Positions 12,701-26,700 of a stretch of DNA of 64,000 nt are shown piece by piece. The notes under the pieces were generated by a model. The model was not told the DNA's origin. It worked only from the letters and a program-made list of their open reading frames with translations, and did not search any database. Position numbers and translations under genes: made by a program. Each line of letters begins with the position of its first letter. Position 1 is the stretch's first letter. Origin of the DNA: Bugula neritina (lineage: Eukaryota; Animalia; Bryozoa); contig OZ037768.1 in NCBI GenBank assembly GCA_964035545.1, positions 1,604,384 through 1,668,383 of the forward strand. The letters run 5' to 3'.

Positions 12701-15700
12701 CAGTTTTTTTAAATAGAAAAACAATCTTCAAAGTCTGTACAGAATAATTCGAGTGATGATTGAATTTATGAACTTGAAAATGGATGAAAGAGTAAGAAAT
12801 GCAGTTAGGTGAAAGGAGTGGATGCAGAAAAGCCTTATAAAAGGAGTGTATACAGACCTGCCTTGAGTAAAAGCTCCACACAGGAATGATGATCATGTAT
12901 TGCTGCCTTGATAAGAGCTGTGAAGCCATTCTTGTTGGTTTGGTCTATATTGCTGCCGTATTCTAGAAGCTTCTTAGTAACTTGATGGTGACCTGTAACC
13001 AGAAGGGTAAGCATGTCTAGCAACGCTGACTGAAAGAGGGATAATGTTCATTTACGTGTAAACATTATATATTATTTATTAATATATTAAATATAAAATA
13101 CTTCTACATAAGATTATTCCAAAAATTTCATATTTAAAATATTTAATGGTGATATAATATCATGCAGCTTCTAGATATTCATACAACTGCTATTATATGT
13201 CGTTGGGGTGAGGAAGACTCATATTGACATAAGTAGAGAGGTTGTAAAAACATCACTAAGAAAAGTAAATAAAAATATAGCCTCATTCCAAATAGCTAAA
13301 TCCACCATTTCCTGCCTAGTGGCATTGTTGCAAGCTTTTTTTGAAGTGGTCAGGTCAATAACTAACACACGCTGCCAGTTGTCTGCTGCCGGCATCCTAG
13401 ACTACCCCTCCCTGCAACCAGTTCTACTACCACATCATTGCACTAGATCCAGGGTCCTTTACTTGGTCCATAATGCCTCTTACTATTACTATGCTATAGC
13501 ACATGCAAGTAATAGTACAAGGTAATGAAAAAACAATTATAATTATTTCATCTATTTAAAACTGCTTTAGCTTCAAAGGTCAAACGAAAGTCAAACAAGT
13601 GAAGGATGTGAAAGTCAACTGACCAACTTGTACAAGATCTAGGGATAGAAATAATGAAAACATTCTCATCCATTTCCCCAGACTTTTGGCAAATTTTTCA
13701 GCCAACAAAAATAACTCAAATATTCCTCAAAATATTTATCTAACTTGCACACCGTTACACTTCAATCTGGGTGACTTTCCTCACAATGTCAAGCTATGTT
13801 TGACGTTAGACCAACGACAGAGGTGGATGTAGCATTTCAAAAGGGAAGTATGAAAAATAAGTTATGCTGCTGCTAGAATGTCATCCCAAACCCCAAACCA
13901 AAATTCATATAACTATTAAATAACTCGGGCTATTGAAATTGTTTCATCACTACCCTTGAATGTAAAAGCACTGATAAATCTATGACAAGAACACATGTAT
14001 GTAATTTGAAATTATCTTTCTTCCAACCTGCATTGGTGTAACAAAACTGCTTAATTTTGCTCTGAGTGTTTCATTACACATGAAAGAAAAACAAAATTCT
14101 ATAATAATCAAATCCCGAGGCCGTTCCATAAAAATTAAGAAACATACATTGATTGATTGATTGATTGATTGCATATCACAGACATGACAACCCATTGTCA
14201 TGCCTGTGATATGCAATAAATACTGGCTGTAATATAAGTAGGCATGAACAAAAATGAAAGAAAAGAAACATACACATGCTGAGCGTTTGCTTAATCAGTC
14301 TAAGATGGCAGCAAAGTTGCAATATGGTCGACGTTTTCTGCCTTTACTAAAATTGAAGAAGTCAAAAATATTAGTCACACAAGCTCGCCCACCAAAGATG
14401 AGCCCACCTACCAAGGATAAGCCCCGCCACCAAGTATAAGCCCACCCACCAAGGAAAAGCCCACCCACCAAGGAAAAGCCCACCCACCAAGGAAAAGCCC
14501 ACCTACTAAAAATAAGCCTGCTTACAAAGGATAAGCCCCCCCCCCCTACCAAGTATAAGCCCACCCACCAAGGAAAAGCCCGCCTACTAAGGACATGACC
14601 ACCTACCTAATGACACAGCATAGATAAGGGGAGTGTTCCCTTCGGAGTCAGCCAAGTTCACATCTGGAACGTCTGTAGCCAACAACAACTCAACCATGTT
14701 GGCATCACCCATAGCGGCAGCAAAACTTATGCAAGTCTAAAATTAAGAACATAACAGTCAAGCGGATTACTGTCTATTATTACCACGCTTTGTTTGAAAT
14801 CAATTGCTGATGAGCATACATAGACTGTGAGAAATACTAGCTATATAATTATATTGCTGGGATATTAAATGATTATATAATGTACGGTAAATCTTATATT
14901 ATATGACAATTGAAATAAATAGAACATGTTGAAATATCCAACAGAAACAGAAAATTGAATCATTGCGTGTCTTCAGAGTAAAATATTTTTCTAATAATTA
15001 TATCATAGTAGCAGTAGTAGTAGTAGCAGTAGTAGTAGTAGCAGCAGCAGTGGCGGTAGTGGTGGTAGCGGTAGTGGTAGTAGTGGTAGTAGTAGTAGTG
15101 GTAGGAGTGGTAGGAGTGGTAGTAGTAGTAGTAGTAGCAGTAGCATTAGCAGTAGCAGTAGCAGTAGCAGTAGCAGTAGCAGTAACAGTAGCAGTAGCAG
15201 CAGCAGAAGTAATAGTAGTAGAGTAGTAGTAGTATTAGTAGTAGTAGAGTGGTAGTAGTAGTACTAGTAGTAGTGCAGTGATAGTGCTACTAATGGTAAT
15301 AGTACTGGTAACCTAGTAGTTACCAGAACATACATACATACATATATAGGTAATATAGCCTATAGGCCTATAATATTGCTTAAGTGTACTTATACAACAG
15401 GCAGGTTAAATCTATAATGTATATATGCCACTTGTGTTGATATTGATATATATTTAATGCAATGGTTTTTGTATATTTGAAGTAGAAAATTTATTAGCAA
15501 GCATTGATTTACATTATAACACTAATGCTATCTGGAATGGTAGAATATACCTGATATTTACAACATGGACCTTATTTTGAGCATGTGCATGGCACTTGTT
15601 CATGACATAGCACACACTGTTTGCCAGGGGGCGGGGTGGGGGAGGTTTGAACAACTTTACAGGATCTGGTGCTTCTTTGAAAACTTTTTTTATGCAAATG

Positions 15701-17619
15701 TTATTTTAAATTAAAAAAGTTATAGCCTGATCATTGCCCTTTAGCAAAATAGACCGACTAAAATGCCCTAAAACAAGTTAGACCGACTATTGCACTTCAA
15801 ATTTTAGACAATACTAATCGAGCAACTATAAAACCATTTCAAAATTTGAAACAAATAGCTTCTTCATAGAATTAATCGGCGTTGTTGAAAATAGTCTTTT
15901 TAACTATTCTAAATCTGGGAGTGCCCGCTTTAGATATTGCTCAAGTATAATTTCTAAAAATTAGAAAACAACTATAGACCTACACATTATTATATTATAA
16001 AGTAAATTAGGTGCAAATTAACCCAAAGCCTTGAGTTTGATGGTTTCACTTATCTTCTATGTAAGCTGTCCCAGGTTAAAGGTCAAAATTAACTCAACAA
16101 CGGAGGAAATGAAAATCAGCTGGTAATTCATTATGTCATACACATTCACGGGCTTTCCATGTACCGATCTCAGATCGATCTCGCTGAGATCGATCTGAGA
16201 CATGTGCTCAGATCGATCGTTTTTCCATGAGAGTGTCAGATCGATCTCTCGGAGTTGCCTCCTCTTAGGTAAAGACTACTTTAATAGCATAATTTTTTCA
16301 CCCACCTAAGTGATAAAAGCTACTGCTGTTGAAAAACAAAATTTGCATAGTCTAAAATTTACCGTCAGCTATAAACTCTACGCAGTAAAGCTTTTAGTAT
16401 GAAGTAATTTGGCCAATTTAAGATAATTAATTTTAATATTTTAGCTTGAAAGCTTATATAAAATTAATAGCTGTTGTGCAGCTTATTCATAAACTTACGG
16501 GACTAATAAGCTTAAAATTACGCAGCAAATAACTAATGACAGTGCGTTATACTAGTCATTTAAATTCAATTTAAATACTCTCACTTTTTGTATCTTCTAC
16601 CGTCCATAATTTTACATAATTAAGTTTTCCTAATAATTTTACTGAAAGTCAAAGTTTTGCCACTTGAAAAGGTGGCTATCTTAATTATTAAGTACTTTGC
16701 TTAGTAATTAACAATAAGTTATCATTTTTATTAGCAGACAACATTTTAGCGAGCAGTCATTTTTCTACTTCTCGGATCGATCTTTCGTCTTTCCATGGTC
16801 TTATTGCCTTGAGATCGATCTGAGTTCGAGCTCTACAGACCGACCAGCTCAGAACGACTGAGATCGATCTTTGACGTCTTTCCATGGATCGATCTGCCTA
16901 AGATCGATCTGAGATCGGTACATGGAAAGCCGGTGATTCAGTGCCATGCTAAGAGACTGAATGGGTTGATAAGTTATTCAACTGGTGTCAATTAATATGT
17001 ATCACCATTATTCTACCACGATAATATTAAAGTATTGTTCAATAGTGTAATAATTATATCTTGCATAATGACATTTCATTACAGCCTTTTAGGAAAACTT
17101 TAAACATGTTAGGGATAAATCTTGTAAAATAAAGTATGATTACGTCAGCTAGAATGCCTGAACCATAGCCACATGAAAAGCAAATAGGATAATGGTTAAC
17201 CACACGATTATTCCTTGTCTAACTTTTCGAAACTGCAGGGTTTTTCTTCCAATACGTTTAGTAAGCCAAGTTATCACCATTATTAAGTAAGAGAATAAAA
17301 TTTCGTGCTGGGATATGAATTAACCCTCGGGGTCAACTGGGGTCACAGCACCAACAGAGCTTAGCTAAATACGTACACGGGTTCAAAGCTGCTGGGGTGA
17401 GTTTGAGTACAGATGAAAAAACATTAAATAACAAGTGCAACTATCATTATTTTATAAATTATCTACCCTTACCCTATCATTCTTATCAGAGATGTTTAGA
17501 GCTTCCAAGGCAACTTTGTTTTGCTGCAGTAATTTAGCAAGGTGGACGCTGTTCCCAGTTCGTACCAAAGTCAGCAGGTTGCTGAATGACTTGACTGCTT
17601 CCTCATCCATCCGGGTCAT
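9791..17619 (-). CDS. Ankyrin-repeat protein, ANKRD33/33B (PANKY)-like; exons 17619-17473, 14736-14607, 12992-12858, 10302-9791
   Basis: Spliced product contains TCISFAAAMGDANMVELLL..PDVNLADSEGNTPLIYAVSLGHHQVTKKLL..IDQTNKNGFTALIKAAIHDHHSCVELLLKADANTELTD..NMNALQWAKLCG. It resembles ANKRD33B (DSEGNT, GFTALxKAA) and ends in a Ser/Lys-rich tail. Phases are consistent. Confidence 0.85.
10846..11030. repeat. Two adjacent minisatellites: 20-bp (gacatattgctgtgtcatgt) x5 and 15-bp (caggtatacagtcta) x4-5
   Basis: Direct tandem periodicity in the ankyrin gene intron. Confidence 0.9.
14385..14606. repeat. ~20-bp C-rich (sense-strand G-rich) minisatellite abutting the ankyrin gene exon 2 donor
   Basis: Unit gcccacccaccaaggaaaag, ~10 degenerate copies, running up to the G|GTAGGT donor at 14606. 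Confidence 0.9.
15005..15320. repeat. Compound (GTA)n/(GCAGTA)n microsatellite
   Basis: Visible trinucleotide periodicity; gives a spurious poly-Val ORF. Confidence 0.95.
16147..16935. mobile_element. Non-autonomous DNA transposon (MITE), CAC termini, ~35-bp TIR, 3-bp TSD ATT; CMC/Chapaev-like superfamily tentative
   Basis: Left end att|CACGGGCTTTCCATGTACCGATCTCAGATCGATCT; right end AGATCGATCTGAGATCGGTACATGGAAAGCCGGTG|att. Many subterminal (A)GATCGATC(T) palindromes; AT-rich non-coding core. Confidence 0.9.
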
Positions 17620-19211
17620 TCTATAGTGCGGAAGGCAGATGAGAGAAGAGCTGTTTAGACAGCTTCTTATTCCCCAACGTTTTCACTAGTACTATAGTCT
17701 GTAGAAGTTGTCTGTCCGTGAAATAAAGCAATCAAATTTTAAACCGGCTAAACCAAACGTTCCTAAAAAGGGTGATTGAGTAAGTGACAAGTAGTGAGTG
17801 ACTAGGTGAGTGAAACAACACTGAATAACGCATGAGTAAAGAGTGACTTGTGAATTAGTAGTGAGTCATAAGGGAGTTAGATAACAATAAACTAGTAGTG
17901 ATATTCAAAGTGACTACAGACCAGAGTTAATTTGATAAAATGTTTTTGCTTTTGACTGATCAAATATATAACACTGTTGTTATTGGTGAATATATTGATA
18001 TTGCTTCACAATAATTAAACTATAACCCAATGATACAAAAATTGCATAGCATAATGACAGTTGATGCGCATAACCTGGTACTTAGTAAGGGATCTATGCC
18101 AACTACAGGTAAAATAATATAATTACTATTGAGTCTGGTAACACCAACTTTTACCTGCTGAAGATTAAGCACCTAAATTATTACAAGGATCAATACAAAC
18201 TGCTAAAAGCAACAAATTGGCAATATGAAGAATTTTGCACTGGCAATCCACCCCATAACAAAGATCACTAAGTACTAATAGTGCACATAATGTACTTCCT
18301 ATCTATACTATATCACCCGTGAAACAACAAGTATCTTTATGGTTAGACTGACAACAGTTTACACTTGAGTCAAAACCATATTCCCACTTCCTGTGACTGA
18401 GCCGCAGTGTTTTTATCTTTAAGGATGCCAATGATATCAACAGCTCAATGGTGAGAGTGGGATTACAAAGCAATGGTAATTTAATCTTGGCTTTTAGCTA
18501 AAAGTTTCCAAGGCATTGTTTATTCTCATTGGATACTTAGAAGAGAGTTGAAGCCAAAATCGATGCTTTGCTGAAACTAATACTGGCAGAGTATTGTGCA
18601 GTCTAGACTAGCCTGTGCTTAGTCCAATTATTATCCCACTGCTATAATACACAACTCTGACATAACAAGCGTCAAACCGTAGTCTAAGACTCCAAGACAG
18701 ATGTTTAATGATTTTAGTCAGCAATAAGTCTTAAAAGTTGGAGATAAATCACCAGTTAAAGCCACTAATCTTTCTGTAAACTGCTGTATTCTGGGAAGGG
18801 GGTGTTTCACTACGCAACAGTAAAAGGCAGCTGATACGTAACATAGCATAGGAACCACTACTAAACTGTGACTTTCCTAACGTCATCATGTCACAAGTCA
18901 CAAGTATAATGTCTATGATATACATACTACAGAGAAATACATAAGCCATCTACACAAGCATGAAATATACTACATAAATGTATAATGCAAATATTATCAT
19001 AAAATATACCACATTTTACACAAACTGTATGGCTAATTATTGCCTAAAGGCCTAATTGCCTATTGTATAATGTGTACAACTGTATTAATGTAATAATATT
19101 ACACTGCAGAGCAATATTGCTCTTGACATATGATATGGTTATTACATATAATGATATGTTTACTACGTTATATTTATACATGCTTGTACCTACTACAATG
19201 GTTATACATGT

Positions 19212-19420
19212 TATATATTTACACATAGCAGTAACTTACAGTTTCCTATATACTTACACATAGCAGTAATTTATAGCTTTCTATATACTTACACATAGCA
19301 GTAACTTACAGTTTCCTATATACTTACACATAGCAGTAACTTAGAGCTTCCTATATACTTACACATAGCAGTAACTTACAGTTTTCTATATATTTACACA
19401 TAGCAGTAACTTACAGTATT
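19212..19420. repeat. 35-bp minisatellite (tacttacacatagcagtaacttacagtttcctata), ~6 copies
   Basis: Direct tandem periodicity; the minus strand carries GTAAGT up to twice per unit. Confidence 0.9.
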
Positions 19421-22400
19421 ATATACACATATAAACAACTTGTTTATCGTCAGTTGTTAGTTTTCTCACAGTATGAAATGATGACCATCAGTATTCAAAG
19501 GCCACAACTATGTAGAATGTAACTGAATTTCTACAGCACAACAGTTCAGTTATGGTAACGTCTTCTATTGGGTTATATGACAGAATATTACTACTCCAGG
19601 ACCCTAAGCTACCTCTAGGTATATACTAGCATAATGTTTACATACTATATCTATATACCAGCACTGGCTGTTTATAAGGTATATCTTCATAGGGAAACTT
19701 TGAACGGCAATATGTTTGGTATGTAAATAGAAAAGGGACCGGTATCATAATATTATATAAAGATAACACAGGTTATTGCTTGTATAGTAGATAACAACTC
19801 TCCTGTAAACCTATAACACAATTATGGTGTGTGAACATAATGCTAATGGTGTAATAATATAATCCTAATGGCATAATAGTATATATTATAGTGTATGTAA
19901 TATAATATAAAGATAAAGTGATGTAAATATATTATAGGTAATATGGTTTAATGGTATAAGAATAATAGTATATCAATATTAATACAGATATGATTATTAT
20001 TAATCTATAGATGTAATTTTATAACATTAACATAAATATAACACAATCATAATGGTACAATGATATACTTATATAGTGATAGTAATGGTAGAATAATGAT
20101 AGCCGTAATGCTCACCTAATAAGCTGCTAGAGTACGACACTATTTAGTTTTGATATCCACAGGGTTGTCTTTAGAATAAGAATTAATAAGAGAAAGAAAT
20201 CAATTCAGTTTCTTGCCTCAATCAATGTAGAGCTTATATAACTACAATTGATAGAGAAATTATATGGAGAGCTACATCTACCTTCTATAATTACCTGCAA
20301 TAATCACATAGGACGCCGGGTCAGGAATAATAGTGGTAGATTAGAGTCGTTTATACTACCGAAGAAACAACCTTTAGTGACTTAACTAACTGCTCAGTCA
20401 TTAAAATTCTGAAACAATGTGTCAATTGAAGCTGGAAGTTATGTTAAAGGCAAACGGTCAGCCAATTATATTCAAGAACAAACGCGCCATCAGTTCAATC
20501 TAAGCAGTACAGAGCTTGTATTGCACGTGTAGAGAGAAAAGTGGAACGATAACCCTTAAACCTTTACCGAATAATGCAACTCGATAACGCAGTAATTGCA
20601 GTAACTTATCTTAATATTCATATGTATTTCATAATTGTGAAGCAAAATTTAATGATGTAATATATTATGGGCATGTGCAACAGTTTCGTTACACATTCAC
20701 CATTAACTTGACAGCTAAAAGACATTATTGTCCTATGTTTAGTTGCGATGAATGGTACTAGCGTAATATATAGAATGCACATCAATGACGCAAACATGTA
20801 TTATTAGTAATTTGTTGTTCAAATATAGTATAATGACAAAGTATTGGACTTTTACCATAAACACAGACTATAGCATGGCATGTTTATTACATAAATTAAC
20901 TTTATTACTTATAATTTGTGAAACTGCCATTGGCTAGGGCATGAAAAAGTGCCAATAAATAATATAGTATGTTAATATATAATATAGTATGCCAATGTAT
21001 AATGGAGTATAGTGTTGTAAAATAGCTGTTCAAGAGTTTAACACCTCTTATAGTGCAGCCATTATAAGGTTTAATTAGAACTATTAGCTGATAGATGAAT
21101 GGGATGTTCTGTAACCTTGACCTTGAAGATGATGATATATAAATATAGTGGGAACAGGGAGTGGGCCACACCCCCATCTTATAAGCAGAATAAGGTGTGG
21201 ATTAAGACATTACATTCATATACACTATTATTTGGTCTAGAGTCTAGATTCTAGAGAAATAATTATATAACCTAGTAATGAAAATATAATCCTGCTACCT
21301 GAACAGGACAGGTGACAGGTGATAGGTGAGAATAGTAATGACAATATAATAGTATCATATTTATATTTATTTTTGTTTTCGTACCGGAATAGTATTATTA
21401 TAGTTTTGAGTTGCGTTATAGACTTGTAATGATAAAGTAAAGTCATAACCAATTATATGGAGAACAGAAACTATACGATGGCTTGGTCTGACACAACAGT
21501 ACTGTGAACACAGTACTGCAGTTAACTCTCAACTTCCACCACGTCTGGCACCCAGGAGAGAAAAAATCCCGACAACATTTGGAGCAATTGAGCCAAATGC
21601 TACACATGATCCCTAAGCTGCTACTGACTCACACTGGCCTGTGTTAACTCAAGATATAACAGGCAGATGCTGTGTGTGACCCAACATCAACTGGAGATAT
21701 CATGAGTTTCTGTAGATGATGCAACTTAACAATTTATTGCCGGAGTAAGGGGGGGGGGGAAATGACACTGAGGCAAGCACCCCCTTCAGCTTTTGGCTTC
21801 TTAAAGATCCACAGACTTTACAGTGCTTATGATGAAACTCCTGCAGGAAGAAGAGCACCAATCAAAACTTGCAAAAACATTTGATAAAATCACCAAAAGC
21901 TGCCGCAGTAAGTTGCTAACATCTGTATACGCAACCTAATTAGTATAATACCATTGCAGCTCTCTACCGTGAACCTTTGGAGATGCTAGTGGGAACACTG
22001 GATATTGACCAACATGAAAAACACAGCATGTAACAAAGCAAATTGTACATTTTAAACCATATAAAAGCCACTCCTACAGCTTATGTTTCTGATTTATATG
22101 GTGATTATATACATCTAATTCACAGGTATTACGTGCTGTGTGCTTTATATAATTCTGCTATATATATATTAAAGAGTTGATCAATAATGGGATGCAAGTT
22201 GCAACAACTAGTCTATGAAATCATAGAAATTCACCCTATTTTCAAGACTATATTATATTTGTGCTCGGCCGTTACAAGATTAAATTTGTGACCACAGACA
22301 GAATATTATACAACTTTTATTGTTGTGAGATGATAACTTCAAAGATCAGACCTAGTTCGTCTGAACGGAACTTGCGCATTTGGCGCTAAACTTTATATAA

Positions 22401-23734
22401 TCTCGTGTCATCATTGTGCATGTAGTTTGCATCACACAAAGTGAAGGCAACATTTCAGTTCTCTAATTATGTTATACTCAATCGTTCTAATTATTGATTG
22501 TGATAATTTAAAATTGTCTTTTTGGTATTATTATTAACAGTTAAAATGTTGATATTGTAGCACTTGAAGTTGAATAAATCAAATTTCAATGATTATAAAT
22601 TAAATTTAATATTGTTTTAATTTAAAATTTAATTTTAATTTGTTTAACTTTATGTTAACTTAATTTTTAATCACTATGATTATCATTATGAGTTTATCAT
22701 TATGATTACGTACCCAGTCTAATTACCAAGTCTATAGTGTAGACTAACGTAGTATTAGTATTACTTTTACTATTACTGTATTAATATTATAATTACTGTT
22801 AGTCTTAGACTTACAGTTACAGTCAGTCTGAGTCACTTGGTGACTTAGAGTTAGTACTACTACTACTAGTACTAGTACTACTAATAGTAATACTACTATT
22901 ATATTACATTTACCCTTAGACTTTAGTACAAGTATTAACCTATTGTCTATTAGTGTTATGATTAGTATTAGTATTTCCCAGTATAACTATAACTATAAGT
23001 ATTATCATTGAAAAAGTATGATGATGATTAGCTACTGCTATTAGTATTAGTATTGCTAATAGTGATATTATGAGGTTAGGCTTTGTGGTTATCATTGTGA
23101 TTATGATAATCTGCTTTTATCTGAACATGAGTACTGGTGAAGGCCAAAAGCTGGCTTGCTCCTCACTTTCCCACTTCACAATATCAGTGTAGCTGTATAA
23201 GCAAAAGTTAGAATTAGAATAACTATAAAAAGCTACTGCTAAATAAAACTATTACTAGTATCCTGTAACTTTAACTGGTGAAATAAAACACATTTATAGA
23301 GTTGGCTAATAATAATATTCATTCTAGTCTGCCTTTGATTAACGATTCCTTATATATTTAGTTTTGTTAACAATTTATTTTTATTTTGATGTTGGTGTAC
23401 TTTGTATTATTCAAATTATTAATTATTCAAATTACAAGCATTTATGGTTTATTGATAAGCAATGTTTTGATATTTATTTCTAGGTTAATAATCTTGGCTC
23501 TATATTTCATATTTTATTTCAAGTAGTGTTATACATATTGTATAAACAGATGGATTAGTATACTGTATAATAAATTCGTTATGTTATTTCAATCTGCTGG
23601 GAAATAATATTGTTTGCTATGAAATATGACAATGAATAATTTTCTAAAAGTAGTCAGTAGTTCATAGTGTAGATTTTAACATTTTAATCATGAAATAATT
23701 GTACTATCTTCATATATTTATAGTTTAGGCGACT

Positions 23735-26700
23735 ATGTGGAATAAACTCCGGGCACACAGTTTGTTCAAAGCTGCATCAACAACTAGCTTATACCGAAGA
23801 AATATAAACACTAAGATTAGTAAACTTATTAGAAGTCGGGGCTTAGTTGCCCCACTCGTACTGTTTACTGCTGGAGCTGGCACCTATTACTATCAAGATG
23901 AGCCCACGAGGAGGCAACTTCGAGTAACTTTGCAAGGAGTGAATCGGCTTGTAAGGTTAGCGTGAATATTTTCTACATCATTTATAATAGTTATCAGCTT
24001 AATCATTTATCAACATTGTATTTTTTCATTTTATTTTTGCATAGTCATAGCTATATATTCTTTACTCTTTATTTGAAGCCGTATTATAGATCATAGTTAC
24101 TACATAGATTAAGTCACATGTGATGAAGTATGAGTTTGAATTACCTGCGTTTCAGATCGGTCATAACTGGGGCTATAGTGACTTTAGATTATAAAATATC
24201 TCTGCATGATGTGACAGATGAAAGTGTAGGCTATACTGAGAGACTGAATGCCGTACATAAAAGAGCTGCCGAGAGAATTCTCTGGTGCTGCCTCAAGAAT
24301 GGAGGTCTCTACATCAAGTTTGGTCAAGGATTAGTCATAATGAATCACATTCTTCCCCGTCCATATCTGGAAACTCTAGTCGTGTTGCAGGATAAAGTAC
24401 TGACTAGGGGCCCCCATGAGGTGAGCCTGGCTAACTTTTATACAGCTCTAGGAATTGGAGTTTACAATTTTATTTTGTGTTATTGTCCAAAATATAGCAA
24501 ATATATTGCGCAAGCATCTGTGAAAATCTCAACTATCTTTACATTGTCGTGTGAGATTAGGCTGACTGGGGTTTTATGTTGAACTTTACCTTAAACAAAT
24601 TTGATGAAATGTAAATACTCATTCAGATGCCTTGCTTGTTGCCATCAGTAATTTTTGTAGAGTTGAATTCTAGCCTCTCAAATAAGAGCTCATAATTCCT
24701 ATTTTTGTCACTGCTGCTTTACTAGCTTCAATTTTCTTTAAACCTGACTTGTCTTGAAGTGCCTCAACCCGGTTTACAGCTCTCGAGTTTGTCTTGATTT
24801 GTTCAGGTGGAGACTTTGTTTAAAGAAGAGTTTGGTAAGCTGCCCAGCGAGGTATTTCGTGAGTTTGACGAGGAACCGATAGCCGCTGCCAGCTTAGCTC
24901 AGGTTCACAAGGCCGTTACTCACACTGGTGACGAAGTAGCTGTTAAGGTCTGTATGTTTATTAACCACGATTTTATAGGACTAAGTCCAAGCATACTGTA
25001 AGATATTATCAGATTGTGTTCTGTCAATTCAACAGTTGAATATTTGAATACAACAATCGGTCATGTTGGCTTCTATTCGTGGGAAGCACTTATACAATTA
25101 CTCTCACAACGTTATTTTTTAAAACTTTCAATTTTCTTTAACTTTGTAATGCAAGGCTTTATGCATAATAAATCTAGTTTTTTATAATATAAAATACTAT
25201 TTGATGAACGCAACATTTATATTTTAATAATGTGTGAGTAATTAGTGTTAGACTCCATTTGAATAGGGCAGATAACTCTATGATACCAAAATGTGTTGGA
25301 ATCCCTACACTAAGCTTGTTGTTGGTTGCAGGTTCAGTATATAGATTTACAAGACAGATTTCTGGGAGATATGTTCACAATGAGAATATTAGCCATACTT
25401 CTTGGAAAGGTTTATCCAAAGTTAGACTTTGCAGATATATTGAAGGTAATAAATGTCCCTCTTACATATTGTGTACTTACACTCATATTAAACGTACATT
25501 TCACCACTGTTACACTTACACCCCTGTTACATGTACACTACACTCCTGTTACACTCCTATTCTAGTGCTGTGTAATTTAGCCAAGTTCTTCGATTTGAAT
25601 TGTAGGAACTAAAGGGTAACATGGCAAGAGAGTTGGACTTTGTAGCTGAGGCTACTAATGCAGAGAAGTGTGCCCAGGATCTCTCTCACCTGCCTTATGT
25701 ATACGTACCCAAGGTGCACTGGAACTTGACCACCAAGGTACGTGTGGTACATACACAGCACACTAGTCTATATACAGTATATATAGTATATGTACAACAA
25801 CACTGCTTAAGGTGCAGTAAATACTGTTGCCATGGAAATATTTGTAATATTTAAACAGCTTTACCAAAGTTGAGGTGTAGAATGTTGGTTGAGGAGTCAA
25901 TAGATAATACCTAGAGTTGTCTACTCATATGGGATGTGCTGGTATATATCTGCATAGGCTACTGTCAAGACCTGATATTGTCAAGGATATTGCATTGCTT
26001 GTGATATGAGTGATGATAACCTCTCAACCGATGTTTTTCTAGAAAATTCTCACCACTGAATTTATACATGGAGTGAAAATATCAAATAAACAAGCATTGG
26101 CAGAAGCTGGACTGTCCCTACGTGACGTAAGTGCATTCACTATTTAGTAGTTGTGTCCCCACTGTACGTAAGTATAATTCACTGATTATAAGTTGTGTCC
26201 TCACTGTATGTAAGTAGTTCACTGATTAGTAGTTGTGTCCCCACTGTACGTAAGTAGTTCACTAATTAGTAGTTGTGTGCCCACTATACGTAATGGTATT
26301 CTCCGATTAGTAATTGTATTCTCGCTGAATGTGTTACTTCTGTGTTTCAGATAGACAATAAACTAGTCAGATGCTTTGCTGATCAGATCTTTCACTCGGG
26401 GCACGTGCATGCGGACCCTCACCCTGGCAACTGTAAGTATAAAGGCTACGTGGTGGGTTGCTCTTGGTTAATTTACATGTATTTTGAACATGTATCCAAA
26501 CAATTGTGTCAATGTTCGGATTTTTCTAAATCCTGAAAATTATTTGCTGAGGAGAATTATTGTCAAATTGAAAACTTAGTTGTACTTTACCACATCTGTT
26601 CCTGGTAAACTCCGAGAAAACTCAGTAACTCTGTAGTGGATTGTTGTAAAGTGAAATCTCAGACATGTTGGTTCTTGAAAAGCGGGCTGTATTGAAGATG

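Noticed and set aside
14963-15226. Poly-Val/Ala ORF (also poly-Ser/Val 30960-31274, 27609-27883, 45341-45822, 2167-2635)
   Set aside because: Products of microsatellites or minisatellites in introns.
21460-22100. Possible decayed transposase fragment upstream of ADCK5 (also 50570-51060)
   Set aside because: Only vague peptide resemblance, with no TIR/TSD or intact motif; needs a translated search against TE proteins.
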